Origin: Chitinophagaceae bacterium | GTDB taxonomy: Bacteria; Bacteroidota; Bacteroidia; Chitinophagales; Chitinophagaceae | DNA: 64,000 bases | Assembly: GCA_047602295.1 (NCBI GenBank) | Contig: JASGHP010000001.1 | Coordinates: 1,800,803-1,864,802, forward strand | Direction: 5' to 3' | Shown here: positions 48,678 through 59,009 of the stretch, in pieces | How positions within the stretch are numbered: the first letter of the stretch is position 1 | Layout: each line of letters opens with the position of its first letter | Position numbers and translations under genes: made by a program | Notes under the pieces: generated by a model | Database searches by the model: none | What the model was told of the DNA's origin: nothing | What the model saw: the letters and a program-made list of their open reading frames with translations, nothing else

Positions 48678-49415
48678 CTATTTCTTCTTGTCAATGTTTT
48701 TAAAATCAGCAAATGGTATGTCCATGCATTCATAATAATTCTTCTCATCTGGCCAGGAGTAATGCCACCATTCTGTGTCAAACATTTTAAAACCATACTT
48801 CTCCATAATATCCTTTAGCATTTTGCGGTTTTGCAAAGCATCAAAAGGTAAGTTCATAAAAGTATGGTGTGCAGTATCACTAAAGTTGTCAAAACCCGTT
48901 GGCATCTGTAAGTCTTTTCCATTGTGCATGTAAATAACTGTAAGGTCTAAAGCCAGGCCACGGTTATGTCCGCTGCCTTTTTTAGGGTCTGCCACATATT
49001 TTTCATTCAACACAATCTCCCAGAATTTTTCAGTAACAGAATATGGACGATAAGCGTCAAAGATTTTCAAACCCATCCCTTTTTCATTCAGCTCCTTTTG
49101 TACCTGTGCCAAAGCTTTTACCACGGGCAACCGAACAAATGTGTAGTTGGTTTTTGCAGGATACATGTTATGTCTTAAAAAATTTTTATCTGTAGCATAT
49201 TTAAGATCATATACAATGTTGGGGATAACGCTTTTTATTTCCACCATTCTTTTATTGCTGTCTGCCTGTACTGTAGCTTCATACATGGCAATATCTTTAA
49301 TAACGGGCACTCCATATTTACTTAAAGGGGGTTGAACAGACTGGCTGAAAGCAGCCGCAACGGTGCAAATAAGGCAGGCAACTAAAAAAAAATGTCTGTG
49401 TGTGGGTAAATTCAT
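48678..49415 (-). CDS. ddpX: D-alanyl-D-alanine dipeptidase (peptidase M15D, VanX/DdpX type)
   Basis: DAYRP, SGHNRGLALDLT, and EWWHY Zn-ligand/active-site motifs; signal peptide. Confidence 0.85.
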   Translation of the reverse strand: MNLPTHRHFFLVACLICTVAAAFSQSVQPPLSKYGVPVIKDIAMYEATVQADSNKRMVEIKSVIPNIVYDLKYATDKNFLRHNMYPAKTNYTFVRLPVVKALAQVQKELNEKGMGLKIFDAYRPYSVTEKFWEIVLNEKYVADPKKGSGHNRGLALDLTVIYMHNGKDLQMPTGFDNFSDTAHHTFMNLPFDALQNRKMLKDIMEKYGFKMFDTEWWHYSWPDEKNYYECMDIPFADFKNIDKKK

Positions 49416-49464
49416 TGATAAAATTTGGTTTTTTCGAAATTACGCTATCTTTTTACATAATAAT

Positions 49465-51177
49465 ATGAACCAAGAAACCCCTGCCAGATTTTTTTATCAT
49501 CAAAAAATGATTTTCTGGCTTCTTATTGTCGCTTGCAGCGTGTCAGCATGCAATAATACAGAACAAAAACCGCCGCCAGAAGTAGTAGTAGTAAAAACTC
49601 CTGAAAAGATTGATGAGAAAGTAAAGGAACTCTTGCAGTCTACGCTGCAATATGTAACAGAAAACAAAGGAAAGCTAAATGACTCTGTTAGCATAAGACG
49701 TTCCGGCTTGCTGGATAGTTTTTACAGTGCAACAAGCTATCAGCCCATTTGGAGTAGTGATGAAAAATGGAATAGCCTGGCTGATTCCCTTTATGCTTTT
49801 ATTGCATCGTCAAGATTGTACGGTCTTTTTACTTCAGATTATAATTTGTCTTCACTCACTAATATTCGTACAGGCATAGCTGCAGATTCTATCCATAAAA
49901 AAAATGCAGCTTTGTGGGCAAGAGCAGATTTGCTGTATACCAATGCTTACCTGGATATGGCCCGTGATCTTAAACTGGGCCGTATGAACCGCGATAGCAT
50001 CTCCCTTCGCAATGATTCGCTTATTACTGACAGTGTATTTATAAAAAATTTCCAGGAGGCGCTTTCGCAAAAAAATATAAGAGGTTCTTTAGAAAAGCTG
50101 GAACCAACACTCAAAGGCTACCAGGATTTAAAATCCTCTATCGCTTCGTTTCTTGATTCTGCCAACTTTAATAAAACAACTTATGTTGTTTACCCCAATA
50201 AAGATTCTGCACAGTTAATGAAACAGGTGCAGGAAAGAATGGATGAGTTAGGCTATAATTCAACAGAAGGCGATACATCTTCGCTGAAAGAAAACATTCG
50301 TCGCTATCAGAAGCAACATAATATACCGGTAACTGGCAAAATAGGAGAAAAAACAGTTGGCAGTTTAAACAATACAGACTGGCAAAGATTTAAACGCATA
50401 GCTGTAAACATGGACCGTTACAAACTGATGGCAGACACTTTGCCACATCAGTATATCTGGGTTAATCTTCCTGGTTTTTATTTGCAGTTATGGAGTGATG
50501 ATACAGTAGCGCTGGAATCTAAAATTGTATGCGGCAAACCACTTACACGCACACCGCTGCTCACCAGCAAGATTACAGATATGGTAACCTATCCGCAGTG
50601 GACAATACCAGAAAGCATTATAGTAAAAGAAGTATTGCCGGGCTTAAAAAAAGATACCAACTACCTGCGCAAAAAAGGATTTAGCCTTATTAATGACAAA
50701 GGCGATGAAGTATATTCTTCTTCTGTTAAATGGGCAAAGTATACAAAAGGTATTCCTTACAAAGTGGTGCAGGGTAGTGGAGACGATAATGCTTTAGGCG
50801 TATTGAAATTTAATTTCAGCAATAAATACGCAGTTTACCTGCACGATACCAATCAGCGTTATTATTTCGAAAGGGCTTTTCGTGCATTAAGTCATGGTTG
50901 TGTGCGTGTGCAACAATGGAACAAGCTGGCACATTTTATTATCAGCAATGATAGTACCAATGCGGCTCCTAATGTTAACACTTTTAAGTCAGATACACTT
51001 AAAGCATGGTTGTCGCGTAAAGAGAAACATGTAATAGGTGTGCGTACACGTCTGCCTGTGTACATTCGTTATTTTGGTTGTGCGGGTATAAATGGAAAAG
51101 TGAAATTTTTCGATGATATTTACAATGAGGACAAGATGTTGAGCGAAAGATATTTTGCTAACAAACCTGCTAACTAA
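49465..51177 (+). CDS. L,D-transpeptidase family protein (YcbB/LdtD-like, with a PG-binding domain)
   Basis: PG_binding-like IRRYQKQHNIPVTGKIGEKT; YkuD catalytic LHDTN....F......SHGCVRV. Start is ATG 49465 or 49507 (lipobox VSAC). The listed ORF start at 49363 overlaps ddpX. Confidence 0.85.
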   Translation: MNQETPARFFYHQKMIFWLLIVACSVSACNNTEQKPPPEVVVVKTPEKIDEKVKELLQSTLQYVTENKGKLNDSVSIRRSGLLDSFYSATSYQPIWSSDEKWNSLADSLYAFIASSRLYGLFTSDYNLSSLTNIRTGIAADSIHKKNAALWARADLLYTNAYLDMARDLKLGRMNRDSISLRNDSLITDSVFIKNFQEALSQKNIRGSLEKLEPTLKGYQDLKSSIASFLDSANFNKTTYVVYPNKDSAQLMKQVQERMDELGYNSTEGDTSSLKENIRRYQKQHNIPVTGKIGEKTVGSLNNTDWQRFKRIAVNMDRYKLMADTLPHQYIWVNLPGFYLQLWSDDTVALESKIVCGKPLTRTPLLTSKITDMVTYPQWTIPESIIVKEVLPGLKKDTNYLRKKGFSLINDKGDEVYSSSVKWAKYTKGIPYKVVQGSGDDNALGVLKFNFSNKYAVYLHDTNQRYYFERAFRALSHGCVRVQQWNKLAHFIISNDSTNAAPNVNTFKSDTLKAWLSRKEKHVIGVRTRLPVYIRYFGCAGINGKVKFFDDIYNEDKMLSERYFANKPAN

Positions 51178-51596
51178 TGAGAAGCCTTGCCTGCCTGTTG
51201 TTATTTTACATGCTTGCCTGCTCTGCCCAAGGCTTTGCACAAGAGCGTCCAAAAGGAAATGTAAAAGCACATAAACAGGCTGGCGTGCAATACGGAACTG
51301 CCAGTTATTATTCCAATAAATTCCAGGGGAAAATGACTTCCGATGGGAGTCGTTACGACAAAAATAAAATGACCTGCGCCCATAATTCTCTGCCATTGGG
51401 CACATGGGTGAAAGTTACCAACCTTCGCAACAAAAAACATGTCTTTGTAAAAGTGACAGACAGGCTGCACCACAAAAACAAAAGAGTGGTAGATCTTTCC
51501 CGGGCAGCTGCTTCAAAACTGGGTTATATTAAACGCGGTCTTACAAAAGTAAAAGTAGAAGTAGCGAAACCGGAAGATATTTCGCAAATGCATTAA
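51177..51596 (+). CDS. rlpA: Septal ring lytic transglycosylase RlpA family (DPBB domain) protein
   Basis: GTASYYSNKFQGKMTSDGSRYDKNKMTCAHNSLPLGTWVKVTNL...V.V.DR motif. Confidence 0.85.
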   Translation: MRSLACLLLFYMLACSAQGFAQERPKGNVKAHKQAGVQYGTASYYSNKFQGKMTSDGSRYDKNKMTCAHNSLPLGTWVKVTNLRNKKHVFVKVTDRLHHKNKRVVDLSRAAASKLGYIKRGLTKVKVEVAKPEDISQMH

Positions 51597-51770
51597 TACC
51601 GGGAACAACTATCCTTTCTTTTCATTGCAATACATTATAGATTTAAGTCAATAAACCTATTAAAATCCATTATTTCTAAGTGAATTTTCTGGAGCAACAC
51701 CCATCAATAAATATTTCACATTCTGCCAGCTACCCTTTATTTTTGCGCTCATTACCAAATACCATCTGTT

Positions 51771-53114
51771 ATGAAGAAATTGTTGCTGATTATTCTGGTT
51801 GTGCAAGGCTTGCTGCAAACCAGTTTTGCCCAAGACAACGATTATATCAAGCGTCCTACCCTCGGTGTTAACTTCTTTTTCGACGACTTTCATGGCGGCG
51901 GCTATATTAAAGACTTTGGTTTAAGCAGGGCCATACGCGATAAGCAAATAGGTGTGTTTAAATACATGTCCCCGGGTCTTTCAATTAATTACCTCAATGG
52001 CATAAGCAAACACCTGGATTTTTCTGTAGGTCTTTCAGGTTCTTTCCTTGATTATCCAATTAAAGATAAAGCCAGCTTTGGCAATGATAATCTACTATTG
52101 GAAGGCGATGCAATGGTAAATGCTAAACTGCTTTCAGATAAATATTGGGTTACACCTTATTTAAGCGCAGGTGTTGGTGCTTCCAAATACAAAGGCTACT
52201 ATGGTGCAATTATACCGGTTGGTGCTGGCATACAGGTAAATTTTTATGATGAAGCATTTCTTTTCATCAATGCCCAGCATCGTTTTGGCATCACAGAAAA
52301 TACCTCCAACCACTTGTATTATAGTGTCGGTGTAGCTGGCAATATCGGCAATAAAAAACAGCCTAAAGTTGTACCTCCACCACCACCGCCGGTAATTGAA
52401 GCACCTAAAGACAGGGATGGAGATGGTGTTGTAGACAGCGTGGATGCTTGTCCGGATGTAGCGGGCCTTGCTAAATTCAACGGCTGCCCCGATACAGATG
52501 CTGACGGTATTGCAGATAAGGATGATAAATGCCCCACAGTTCCGGGTCTTGCCCGCTACCAAGGTTGCCCCATACCAGACCGCGATAAAGACGGCGTAAA
52601 TGACGAAGAAGATAAATGCCCAGACCAGGCAGGTGTTGCCCGCTACCAGGGTTGCCCGGTGCCAGACCGTGATAAAGATGGCGTAAATGATGAAGAAGAT
52701 AAATGCCCTGATCTGCCTGGTGATGCAGCCAATGGCGGTTGCCCCATCATCAAAGAAGAAGTAGTGAAAAAGATTGAATACGCTGCTAAAAACATCTTCT
52801 TTGCAACTGGTAAATTCACTTTACTGGCAAAATCAAACAAACCATTGAGCGAAGTAGCAGAATACCTGAATGCTAATAAAGATCTTAAATTGGATATTGA
52901 CGGTTATACAGACAATACTGGTAAAGCAGACAAAAACCAGGTGCTTAGCCAGAACCGTGCAGACGCTGTGAAGAAATTTATGGTAAGCAAGGGCGTTGAT
53001 GCTTCAAGGCTTACTTCTACGGGACATGGCCAGGATAGCCCTGTTGCTGACAATAAAACAGCCGCAGGACGGGCTAAAAACCGCCGTGTAGATTTACATC
53101 TTAAATACTATTAA
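51771..53114 (+). CDS. OmpA family outer membrane protein with N-terminal beta-barrel, thrombospondin type-3 repeats and a C-terminal OmpA domain
   Basis: PPPPPP linker, repeated DRDKDGV.D..D.CP motifs, C-terminal GYTDNTG....N..LS..RA..V OmpA_C. Confidence 0.9.
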   Translation: MKKLLLIILVVQGLLQTSFAQDNDYIKRPTLGVNFFFDDFHGGGYIKDFGLSRAIRDKQIGVFKYMSPGLSINYLNGISKHLDFSVGLSGSFLDYPIKDKASFGNDNLLLEGDAMVNAKLLSDKYWVTPYLSAGVGASKYKGYYGAIIPVGAGIQVNFYDEAFLFINAQHRFGITENTSNHLYYSVGVAGNIGNKKQPKVVPPPPPPVIEAPKDRDGDGVVDSVDACPDVAGLAKFNGCPDTDADGIADKDDKCPTVPGLARYQGCPIPDRDKDGVNDEEDKCPDQAGVARYQGCPVPDRDKDGVNDEEDKCPDLPGDAANGGCPIIKEEVVKKIEYAAKNIFFATGKFTLLAKSNKPLSEVAEYLNANKDLKLDIDGYTDNTGKADKNQVLSQNRADAVKKFMVSKGVDASRLTSTGHGQDSPVADNKTAAGRAKNRRVDLHLKYY

Positions 53115-53130
53115 TCGTTCAACATTTTTT

Positions 53131-53163
53131 AAAAAGCATCCGCAACAGCGGATGCTTTTTTTG
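53131..53163 (+). terminator. Rho-independent terminator
   Basis: aaaaagcatccgc aaca gcggatgcttttt followed by T residues. Confidence 0.85.
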
Positions 53164-53273
53164 TTGGCTTTGTTTCATAAATTCACTACCTGTAAACCGA
53201 CTGCTCAATTGCACAATGCAATGGCATAGCCTAAGAATAGCCCGAAAGATTATTAAAACAGTAAACAACAACA

Positions 53274-55808
53274 ATGAAAAAAGCTGCCCTTTTGCTGATT
53301 GGCATTTTATCCATTTTTATAAGCAATGCGCAATTAAAATCTCCGGAAGAATTTTTAGGATATAAACTAGGCGACCACTTCACTCCCCACTTTAAAATAG
53401 TAAACTATGTTAGCTATATAGCAGCTCAATTGCCAGATATGGTAAAGCTGGAGAAGTATGGAGAAACCAATGAAGGCAGGCCATTGCTGCTGTTATACAT
53501 TGCCACCAAAGAAAACCTGGCCAACCTTGAAAACATTCGCAAAAATAATTTGCGCCTGGCCGGGCTTGCTTTAGATAAGATGGCCGCAAGTGAAGAAACG
53601 CCCGCTATTGTATGGCTAAGTTATAACGTACATGGCAATGAGCCTTCTTCATCTGAAGCAGCCATGCTTACTTTGTACGAACTGGTAAACCCTGCCAATA
53701 CACGCACCAAAGAATGGTTGAAAAATACAGTTATTGTTTTAGACCCTTGCATTAACCCCGATGGAAGAGACAGGTACGTAAACTGGGAAAACCAGGTGCA
53801 GGGAAGACATCCAAACGCAAACCCAATTTCAAGAGAACATATGGAACCCTGGCCTGGTGGCAGAACCAATCATTATAATTTTGATTTGAACCGCGATTGG
53901 GCCTGGCAAACACAAATAGAAACACAACAAAGGCTTGCAAAATACAACCAATGGATGCCGCAGGTGCATGTAGATTTTCATGAGCAGGGCTATAATGCGC
54001 CTTATTATTTTGCACCGGCAGCAGAACCTTTTCACGAAGTAATTACACCCTGGCAGCGAGAGTTTCAAAATATTATTGGCCGCAACAATGCAAAGTATTT
54101 TGATGCCAATGGCTGGCTGTATTTTACCAAAGAAAGGTTCGATCTGTTTTATCCCAGTTATGGTGATACTTATCCTACTTACAATGGCGCAATAGGCATG
54201 ACCTTTGAACAGGGCGGCCATAGCCGTGGCGGCCTTGCCGTAGTAAAAGAAGATGGAGATACATTAACCCTGCATGATCGTTTATTGCATCATTTCACAA
54301 CAGGCATGTCTGCTATTGAAATGGCATCCCAGCAATCTGCCCGTTTAATAAAAGAGTTTCATAAATATTTTTCTGCTGCCATACAAACACCCGCTGGTGA
54401 GTTTAAAAGTTATTTGCTGAAAGCAGATGGTACAGACCGCACAGAGCGTTTGGAAAAATTATTGAATGGAAATGGTATTGACTGGTCTTATGTAAATGCT
54501 GGCAGTTTTACTGGTCTTAACTATCAAACCGGCAAAACAGAATTGGTGAAAGCTGTTGCAGGAGATATTGTTGTAAACGCAAACCAGGCAAAAAGCAATC
54601 TTGTTAAAGTTTTGTTTGAAAGAACATCTAAGCTGAATGATTCTGCAACATACGATATTACAGCATGGTCGCTGCCGTTTGTATATGGACTTAAAGCGTA
54701 CGGGTTAAAAGAATATGTAGCCGGGGTAACCAAAACAAACCCCGTAAGTACGCCTGCAGCTTTAACCACCAGCTTCGAAAATACCTATGCGTATGTTGTA
54801 AAATGGAATGGCATGAACAGTGCCCGCTTCCTGGCTGCTATGCTAAACAACGGAATTAAAGTGCGCTATGCAGAACTGCCATTTAAAATAGGGGAAGCTT
54901 CTTTTGAAAAAGGTTCGCTCATAATAACTAAAGCGGCTAATTACGGTTTTGCAAAAGATTTGGAAACAAAAGTGAAAGCGGCTGCAGCAAAGGTGTCTGT
55001 TGAATTGTTTGCTATCCCTTCCGGCTTTGCTGATAAAGGATTTGATATTGGCTCTGATAAAGTCCGCTATATACACTCACCTAAAATTGCGTTGCTGGCT
55101 GGCAAAGAAGTTTCTTCCAATGCAATGGGCGAAATCTGGCATTTCTTTGATCAGCAATTAGACTATCCTGTTACACTGATTAATGTAGATGATATTGGCA
55201 GGATGGCTCCCGGCGATTTCAATGTATTGATTGTACCAGACGGTTACTATAACATGTTTTCTCAAAAGGAAAAAAATGAACAGTTAAAGGAATGGGTGCG
55301 CAAAGGCGGTAAAATAATAGCTCTTGAAAATGGTGCCGCACAAATGAGCAATGCAGACTGGGGTTTTAAACTGAAGGGAAGCGGAGATGATAAAAAAGAT
55401 AAAGACGATGCAAAAAAAGATGATTACAGCTTGCTTAAAAAGTATGAAGACCGCGAAAAGGAATACATCACTAACACTATTCCGGGTTCTATTTTTAAAG
55501 TAGAACTTGATAACTCTCATCCGCTGGCTTTTGGATATACAGATAATTATTTCACATTGAAGCAGGATGAAAATATTTATGAATTTTTAAAAGACGGCTG
55601 GAATGTAGGTATTGTAAAAAAAGATAATTACATAAGTGGTTTTACAGGCAATAAACTTAAAGAAAAATTAAAAGATGGAACCTTGTTTGGTACAATAGAT
55701 ATGGGACAAGGGAATGTAATATTTTTGGCTGATGATCCTATGTTTCGCAGCTTCTGGGAAAATGGCAAGCTGTTATTTTGCAATGCTGTTTTCCTGGTAG
55801 GCAATTAA
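53274..55808 (+). CDS. Peptidase M14 (zinc carboxypeptidase) family protein with a long C-terminal extension
   Basis: HGNEPSS Zn motif, NPDGRD, DFHE. The C-terminal region resembles a class-I glutamine-amidotransferase-like fold (NVLIVPDGYY...GGKIIALENGA). Confidence 0.8.
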   Translation: MKKAALLLIGILSIFISNAQLKSPEEFLGYKLGDHFTPHFKIVNYVSYIAAQLPDMVKLEKYGETNEGRPLLLLYIATKENLANLENIRKNNLRLAGLALDKMAASEETPAIVWLSYNVHGNEPSSSEAAMLTLYELVNPANTRTKEWLKNTVIVLDPCINPDGRDRYVNWENQVQGRHPNANPISREHMEPWPGGRTNHYNFDLNRDWAWQTQIETQQRLAKYNQWMPQVHVDFHEQGYNAPYYFAPAAEPFHEVITPWQREFQNIIGRNNAKYFDANGWLYFTKERFDLFYPSYGDTYPTYNGAIGMTFEQGGHSRGGLAVVKEDGDTLTLHDRLLHHFTTGMSAIEMASQQSARLIKEFHKYFSAAIQTPAGEFKSYLLKADGTDRTERLEKLLNGNGIDWSYVNAGSFTGLNYQTGKTELVKAVAGDIVVNANQAKSNLVKVLFERTSKLNDSATYDITAWSLPFVYGLKAYGLKEYVAGVTKTNPVSTPAALTTSFENTYAYVVKWNGMNSARFLAAMLNNGIKVRYAELPFKIGEASFEKGSLIITKAANYGFAKDLETKVKAAAAKVSVELFAIPSGFADKGFDIGSDKVRYIHSPKIALLAGKEVSSNAMGEIWHFFDQQLDYPVTLINVDDIGRMAPGDFNVLIVPDGYYNMFSQKEKNEQLKEWVRKGGKIIALENGAAQMSNADWGFKLKGSGDDKKDKDDAKKDDYSLLKKYEDREKEYITNTIPGSIFKVELDNSHPLAFGYTDNYFTLKQDENIYEFLKDGWNVGIVKKDNYISGFTGNKLKEKLKDGTLFGTIDMGQGNVIFLADDPMFRSFWENGKLLFCNAVFLVGN

Positions 55809-55888
55809 TAAAGGCAAAAACACAAATAGAAACACCAACGCCTCTTTTTAGTAATTGTCATTCTTATTTTAACCCAAAAACATTTGCC

Positions 55889-56500
55889 ATGATCCGTTTT
55901 TGCTGGATTGCATGTTTACTGCCCATGTTTGCTGCTGCACAAAAGCTTTCTGATGCAGACATTCGGCAATTGAAGGCATTCAGTACAGGTGTTTTTTCTA
56001 ATGAAGCCCAGGCAAAAGCAGATGCAAAGTTTTTGCTTACGGAATTAAAAGTGCAACCCATTTGGCAAAAAAGAAAAGATGGAGTATGGTTGTTTGCAGA
56101 ACGAAAAGATACGGCGCATACATACCAGGTATGGCATTTTTATTTGCAGGATGCCAATACATTGCTAATGCAGATAAGTGATTTTAAAGATACCAGCAAA
56201 GCCGCTCAATTAAGCCTGGATATTAAAAAGGAGACAAACCTTGTATTGAACAATCTATTGGTAAGACATGGTTGTGAATTATACGTAAAGAAAAATAAAA
56301 CCAGTTATGAGGGAACTTCTTCCGGAAAAGAATGTTTTGCTAATACACCCGGAACAGAATATGTGACGCTGAGCGCAGTATTTGCCAAAGGAACGCTTAG
56401 CTGGCAGCAAATCAGCTATGATAAAGAGGATAAAGAACTGTCATCAACAGCAAACGGCAATTACTTATTTATTAAACAGGCAATAAAGACATCGAAATAA
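55889..56500 (+). CDS. CpcT/CpeT-like (DUF1001) lipocalin-fold protein
   Basis: Signal peptide MIRFCWIACLLPMFAAAQ. GVFSNEAQAKAD resembles the CpcT N-terminal FSNQAQA motif. The ATG at 55889 is preferred over the listed start at 55778. Confidence 0.5.
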   Translation: MIRFCWIACLLPMFAAAQKLSDADIRQLKAFSTGVFSNEAQAKADAKFLLTELKVQPIWQKRKDGVWLFAERKDTAHTYQVWHFYLQDANTLLMQISDFKDTSKAAQLSLDIKKETNLVLNNLLVRHGCELYVKKNKTSYEGTSSGKECFANTPGTEYVTLSAVFAKGTLSWQQISYDKEDKELSSTANGNYLFIKQAIKTSK

Positions 56501-56509
56501 ATTTAAGGC

Positions 56510-59008
56510 ATGAAGCAATTCTTAGTATTGTTCTCTTTGGCAATTAGCATGGGTATGGCACCTGCTGTTAATGCCCAATCTCCGCAAACACTTTCTTCTT
56601 CAGATATTTTACTGGGTATAAAAAAGTTAGGCGTTTTAGGCAGCGTATTGTATGTAGGCGCTCACCCTGACGATGAAAACACAAGACTGATTGCGTGGCT
56701 GGCGAAAGAAAAATTATACCGTACGGGTTATCTTTCACTAACACGTGGAGATGGTGGACAAAACCTGATTGGCAATGACCAGGGAATAGAATTGGGCCTG
56801 ATACGAACACAGGAATTGCTGGCAGCAAGAAGAGTAGATGGGGGAGAGCAATTTTTTAGCCGTGCGTACGATTTTGGTTTTTCCAAAAGCACAGAAGAAG
56901 CTTTGCAAAAATGGGACAAGGATAAAATATTAAGTGATGTGGTTTGGGTAATTCGGAAATTTCAGCCAGATGTTATCATTACCCGTTTTCCGCAGGATAG
57001 CCGCGCAGGTCATGGACATCACTCTGCATCTGCGGTGCTGGCAGTAGAAGCATTTACCGCAGCAGCAGATCCTGCAAAATTTCCTGAACAACTAGCATTT
57101 GTAAAACCCTGGCAGGCAAAAAGGATATTGTGGAATACTTTCAGCTTTGGCAATATCAATACCACCAGCAATGATCAATTTAAAACGGATGTAGGCACGT
57201 TCAATCCTGTATTGGGAAAAAGCTATGGAGAAATTGCTGCGGAAAGCCGCAGCCAGCATAAAAGCCAGGGCTTTGGTGTGCCGGCTCAACGTGGTGCAGC
57301 ATTGGAATATTTCTCTACCTGGAAAGGCGATGCTCCTCGTAATTCATTAATGGATGATGTAAATACAGGCTGGAGTCGTGTAAAAGGCGGAGATGCTATT
57401 CAACAAAAACTGGATTCAGTATTTGCGTCTTACTCCTTGTTTTACCCTGGTAAATCTGTAAAGGGGCTCGTAGAGTTATACAGCATGATAAATGCATTGG
57501 AAGATGGCTATTGGAAACAACAAAAATTAAAAGAGGTACAAAATCTTATAGAAGCTTGCAGTGGTTTATTTGCTGAAGCTACCACTTCAGAAGCGCAGTT
57601 GATACAAACAGATTCTGTGCGGATTGCTTTCTCTTTTGTAAACAGAAATGGCAATACAATCCGTCTTAAAAAGATTAGCTGGGGCGATAAATCTTTAACG
57701 CCAGATACCAATCTTGCAAGCAATCAGACTTACGTGTACGGCGCTACATTAAAGATTGCGGCTGATGTACCCATCTCTCAGCCTTACTGGTTGCAGCATG
57801 AAATGAAGGAAGGGCATTTTGAAATTAATGATCAACAACTGATAGGTAATGCTGAAAGCGCACCTGCATACAGCGCTGTCTTTTTATTGAATATAGAAGG
57901 ACGCGATTTTACAGTAACAAGGCCTTTAAAACAGAAATATACAGATCCTGTAAAAGGTGAGTTGTATCAGCCTGTTGTTGTAGTACCACCGGCAGTGGTT
58001 ACTCCTGATAAAAATTTATTATTGTCCGCAACAGCAGTTCCGCAAAACATGCGTGTAACTGTTCATGCCATGAAAGATATTATAAAGCCTGCAGTAAACG
58101 TGAGTGTAGTAAAAGGATGGCAGGCAGAAACGCTTAACGCCATTCCTTATGATACATTGCGCAAAGGCCAGGAGATGGATGTTGATATAAGTTTAAAGCC
58201 AATCTTAAAAGACAGGCAGCCGGGCAAGCAAGCTGTATTGGTTTCAGTTGCTTCTGGCAAGGAATTATATGCAAGCCAGCTTAAAAGCATTAAGTACGAT
58301 CACATCCCCAACATCAGCTATTTCAAAACTCCTTCAACAAACTTGCTTACGCTTGACTTAAAAATAGAAGGAAAGAAAATTGGTTACATAGAAGGCGCTG
58401 GTGATTATATACCGGAAGCGTTGCAGCAAATGGGTTATGAAGTAACGATGCTTACTGATAATAATCTTGCCAATACCAATCTTGCACAATACGATGCCAT
58501 CATTGCTGGTGTAAGGGCTTACAACACCCGTCCTTCTTTGATTATTTACTACAACAAACTGATGAAGTATATTGAAAATGGTGGCAACCTCATTGTTCAA
58601 TACAACACTTCAGACCAGGTGGGCAATGCAAAAGCAAAAATTGGTCCTTATCCTTTTGCTATTTCAAGAACAAGGGTAACGGATGAAAATGCCACTGTAA
58701 AAGTATTGCACCCGGAAAGTCCCATTATGAATACTCCCAACAAAATAACCGATAAAGATTTTGAAGGATGGGTGCAGGAAAGAAGTATCTATCATGCCAG
58801 CAATTGGGACAGTCACTATGAAACCCTTTTTGCAATGCATGATGCAGGTGAGAATGAAGATGAAGGCAGCCTTATTACAACAAAATATGGTAAAGGAAAT
58901 TTCACTTATACGGGACTGGTATTTTACAGGGAATTGCCAGGTGGTGTAGCAGGTGCATACCGCTTGCTTGCAAATCTTATTGCCTTAAATCATAAAAAAG
59001 GATTTTAA
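56510..59008 (+). CDS. PIG-L (LmbE-like) family deacetylase, large multidomain form
   Basis: N-terminal VGAHPDDEN...TRGDGGQN and HGHH motifs. The C-terminal approximately 200 aa look like a GATase1/ThuA-like domain (YDAIIAGVRAYN, GGNLIVQYN). Confidence 0.8.
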   Translation: MKQFLVLFSLAISMGMAPAVNAQSPQTLSSSDILLGIKKLGVLGSVLYVGAHPDDENTRLIAWLAKEKLYRTGYLSLTRGDGGQNLIGNDQGIELGLIRTQELLAARRVDGGEQFFSRAYDFGFSKSTEEALQKWDKDKILSDVVWVIRKFQPDVIITRFPQDSRAGHGHHSASAVLAVEAFTAAADPAKFPEQLAFVKPWQAKRILWNTFSFGNINTTSNDQFKTDVGTFNPVLGKSYGEIAAESRSQHKSQGFGVPAQRGAALEYFSTWKGDAPRNSLMDDVNTGWSRVKGGDAIQQKLDSVFASYSLFYPGKSVKGLVELYSMINALEDGYWKQQKLKEVQNLIEACSGLFAEATTSEAQLIQTDSVRIAFSFVNRNGNTIRLKKISWGDKSLTPDTNLASNQTYVYGATLKIAADVPISQPYWLQHEMKEGHFEINDQQLIGNAESAPAYSAVFLLNIEGRDFTVTRPLKQKYTDPVKGELYQPVVVVPPAVVTPDKNLLLSATAVPQNMRVTVHAMKDIIKPAVNVSVVKGWQAETLNAIPYDTLRKGQEMDVDISLKPILKDRQPGKQAVLVSVASGKELYASQLKSIKYDHIPNISYFKTPSTNLLTLDLKIEGKKIGYIEGAGDYIPEALQQMGYEVTMLTDNNLANTNLAQYDAIIAGVRAYNTRPSLIIYYNKLMKYIENGGNLIVQYNTSDQVGNAKAKIGPYPFAISRTRVTDENATVKVLHPESPIMNTPNKITDKDFEGWVQERSIYHASNWDSHYETLFAMHDAGENEDEGSLITTKYGKGNFTYTGLVFYRELPGGVAGAYRLLANLIALNHKKGF

Positions 59009-59009
59009 A

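Noticed and set aside
49363-49464. Long N-terminal extension of the L,D-transpeptidase ORF that overlaps ddpX
   Set aside because: It begins at a non-ATG codon and overlaps the divergent ddpX coding start by 53 nt. The signal or lipoprotein sequence starts after the ATG at 49465 or 49507.
52161-52562. Minus-strand ORFs of 133 and 72 aa inside the OmpA-TSP3 gene
   Set aside because: They are antisense to the repeat-rich coding region. The GGGGG/PPPP stretch is the mirror of the proline linker.
55778-55888. Extension of the CpcT-like ORF into the 3' end of the M14 gene
   Set aside because: It overlaps the M14 gene by 31 nt and adds 37 residues ahead of an obvious signal peptide that begins at the ATG at 55889.
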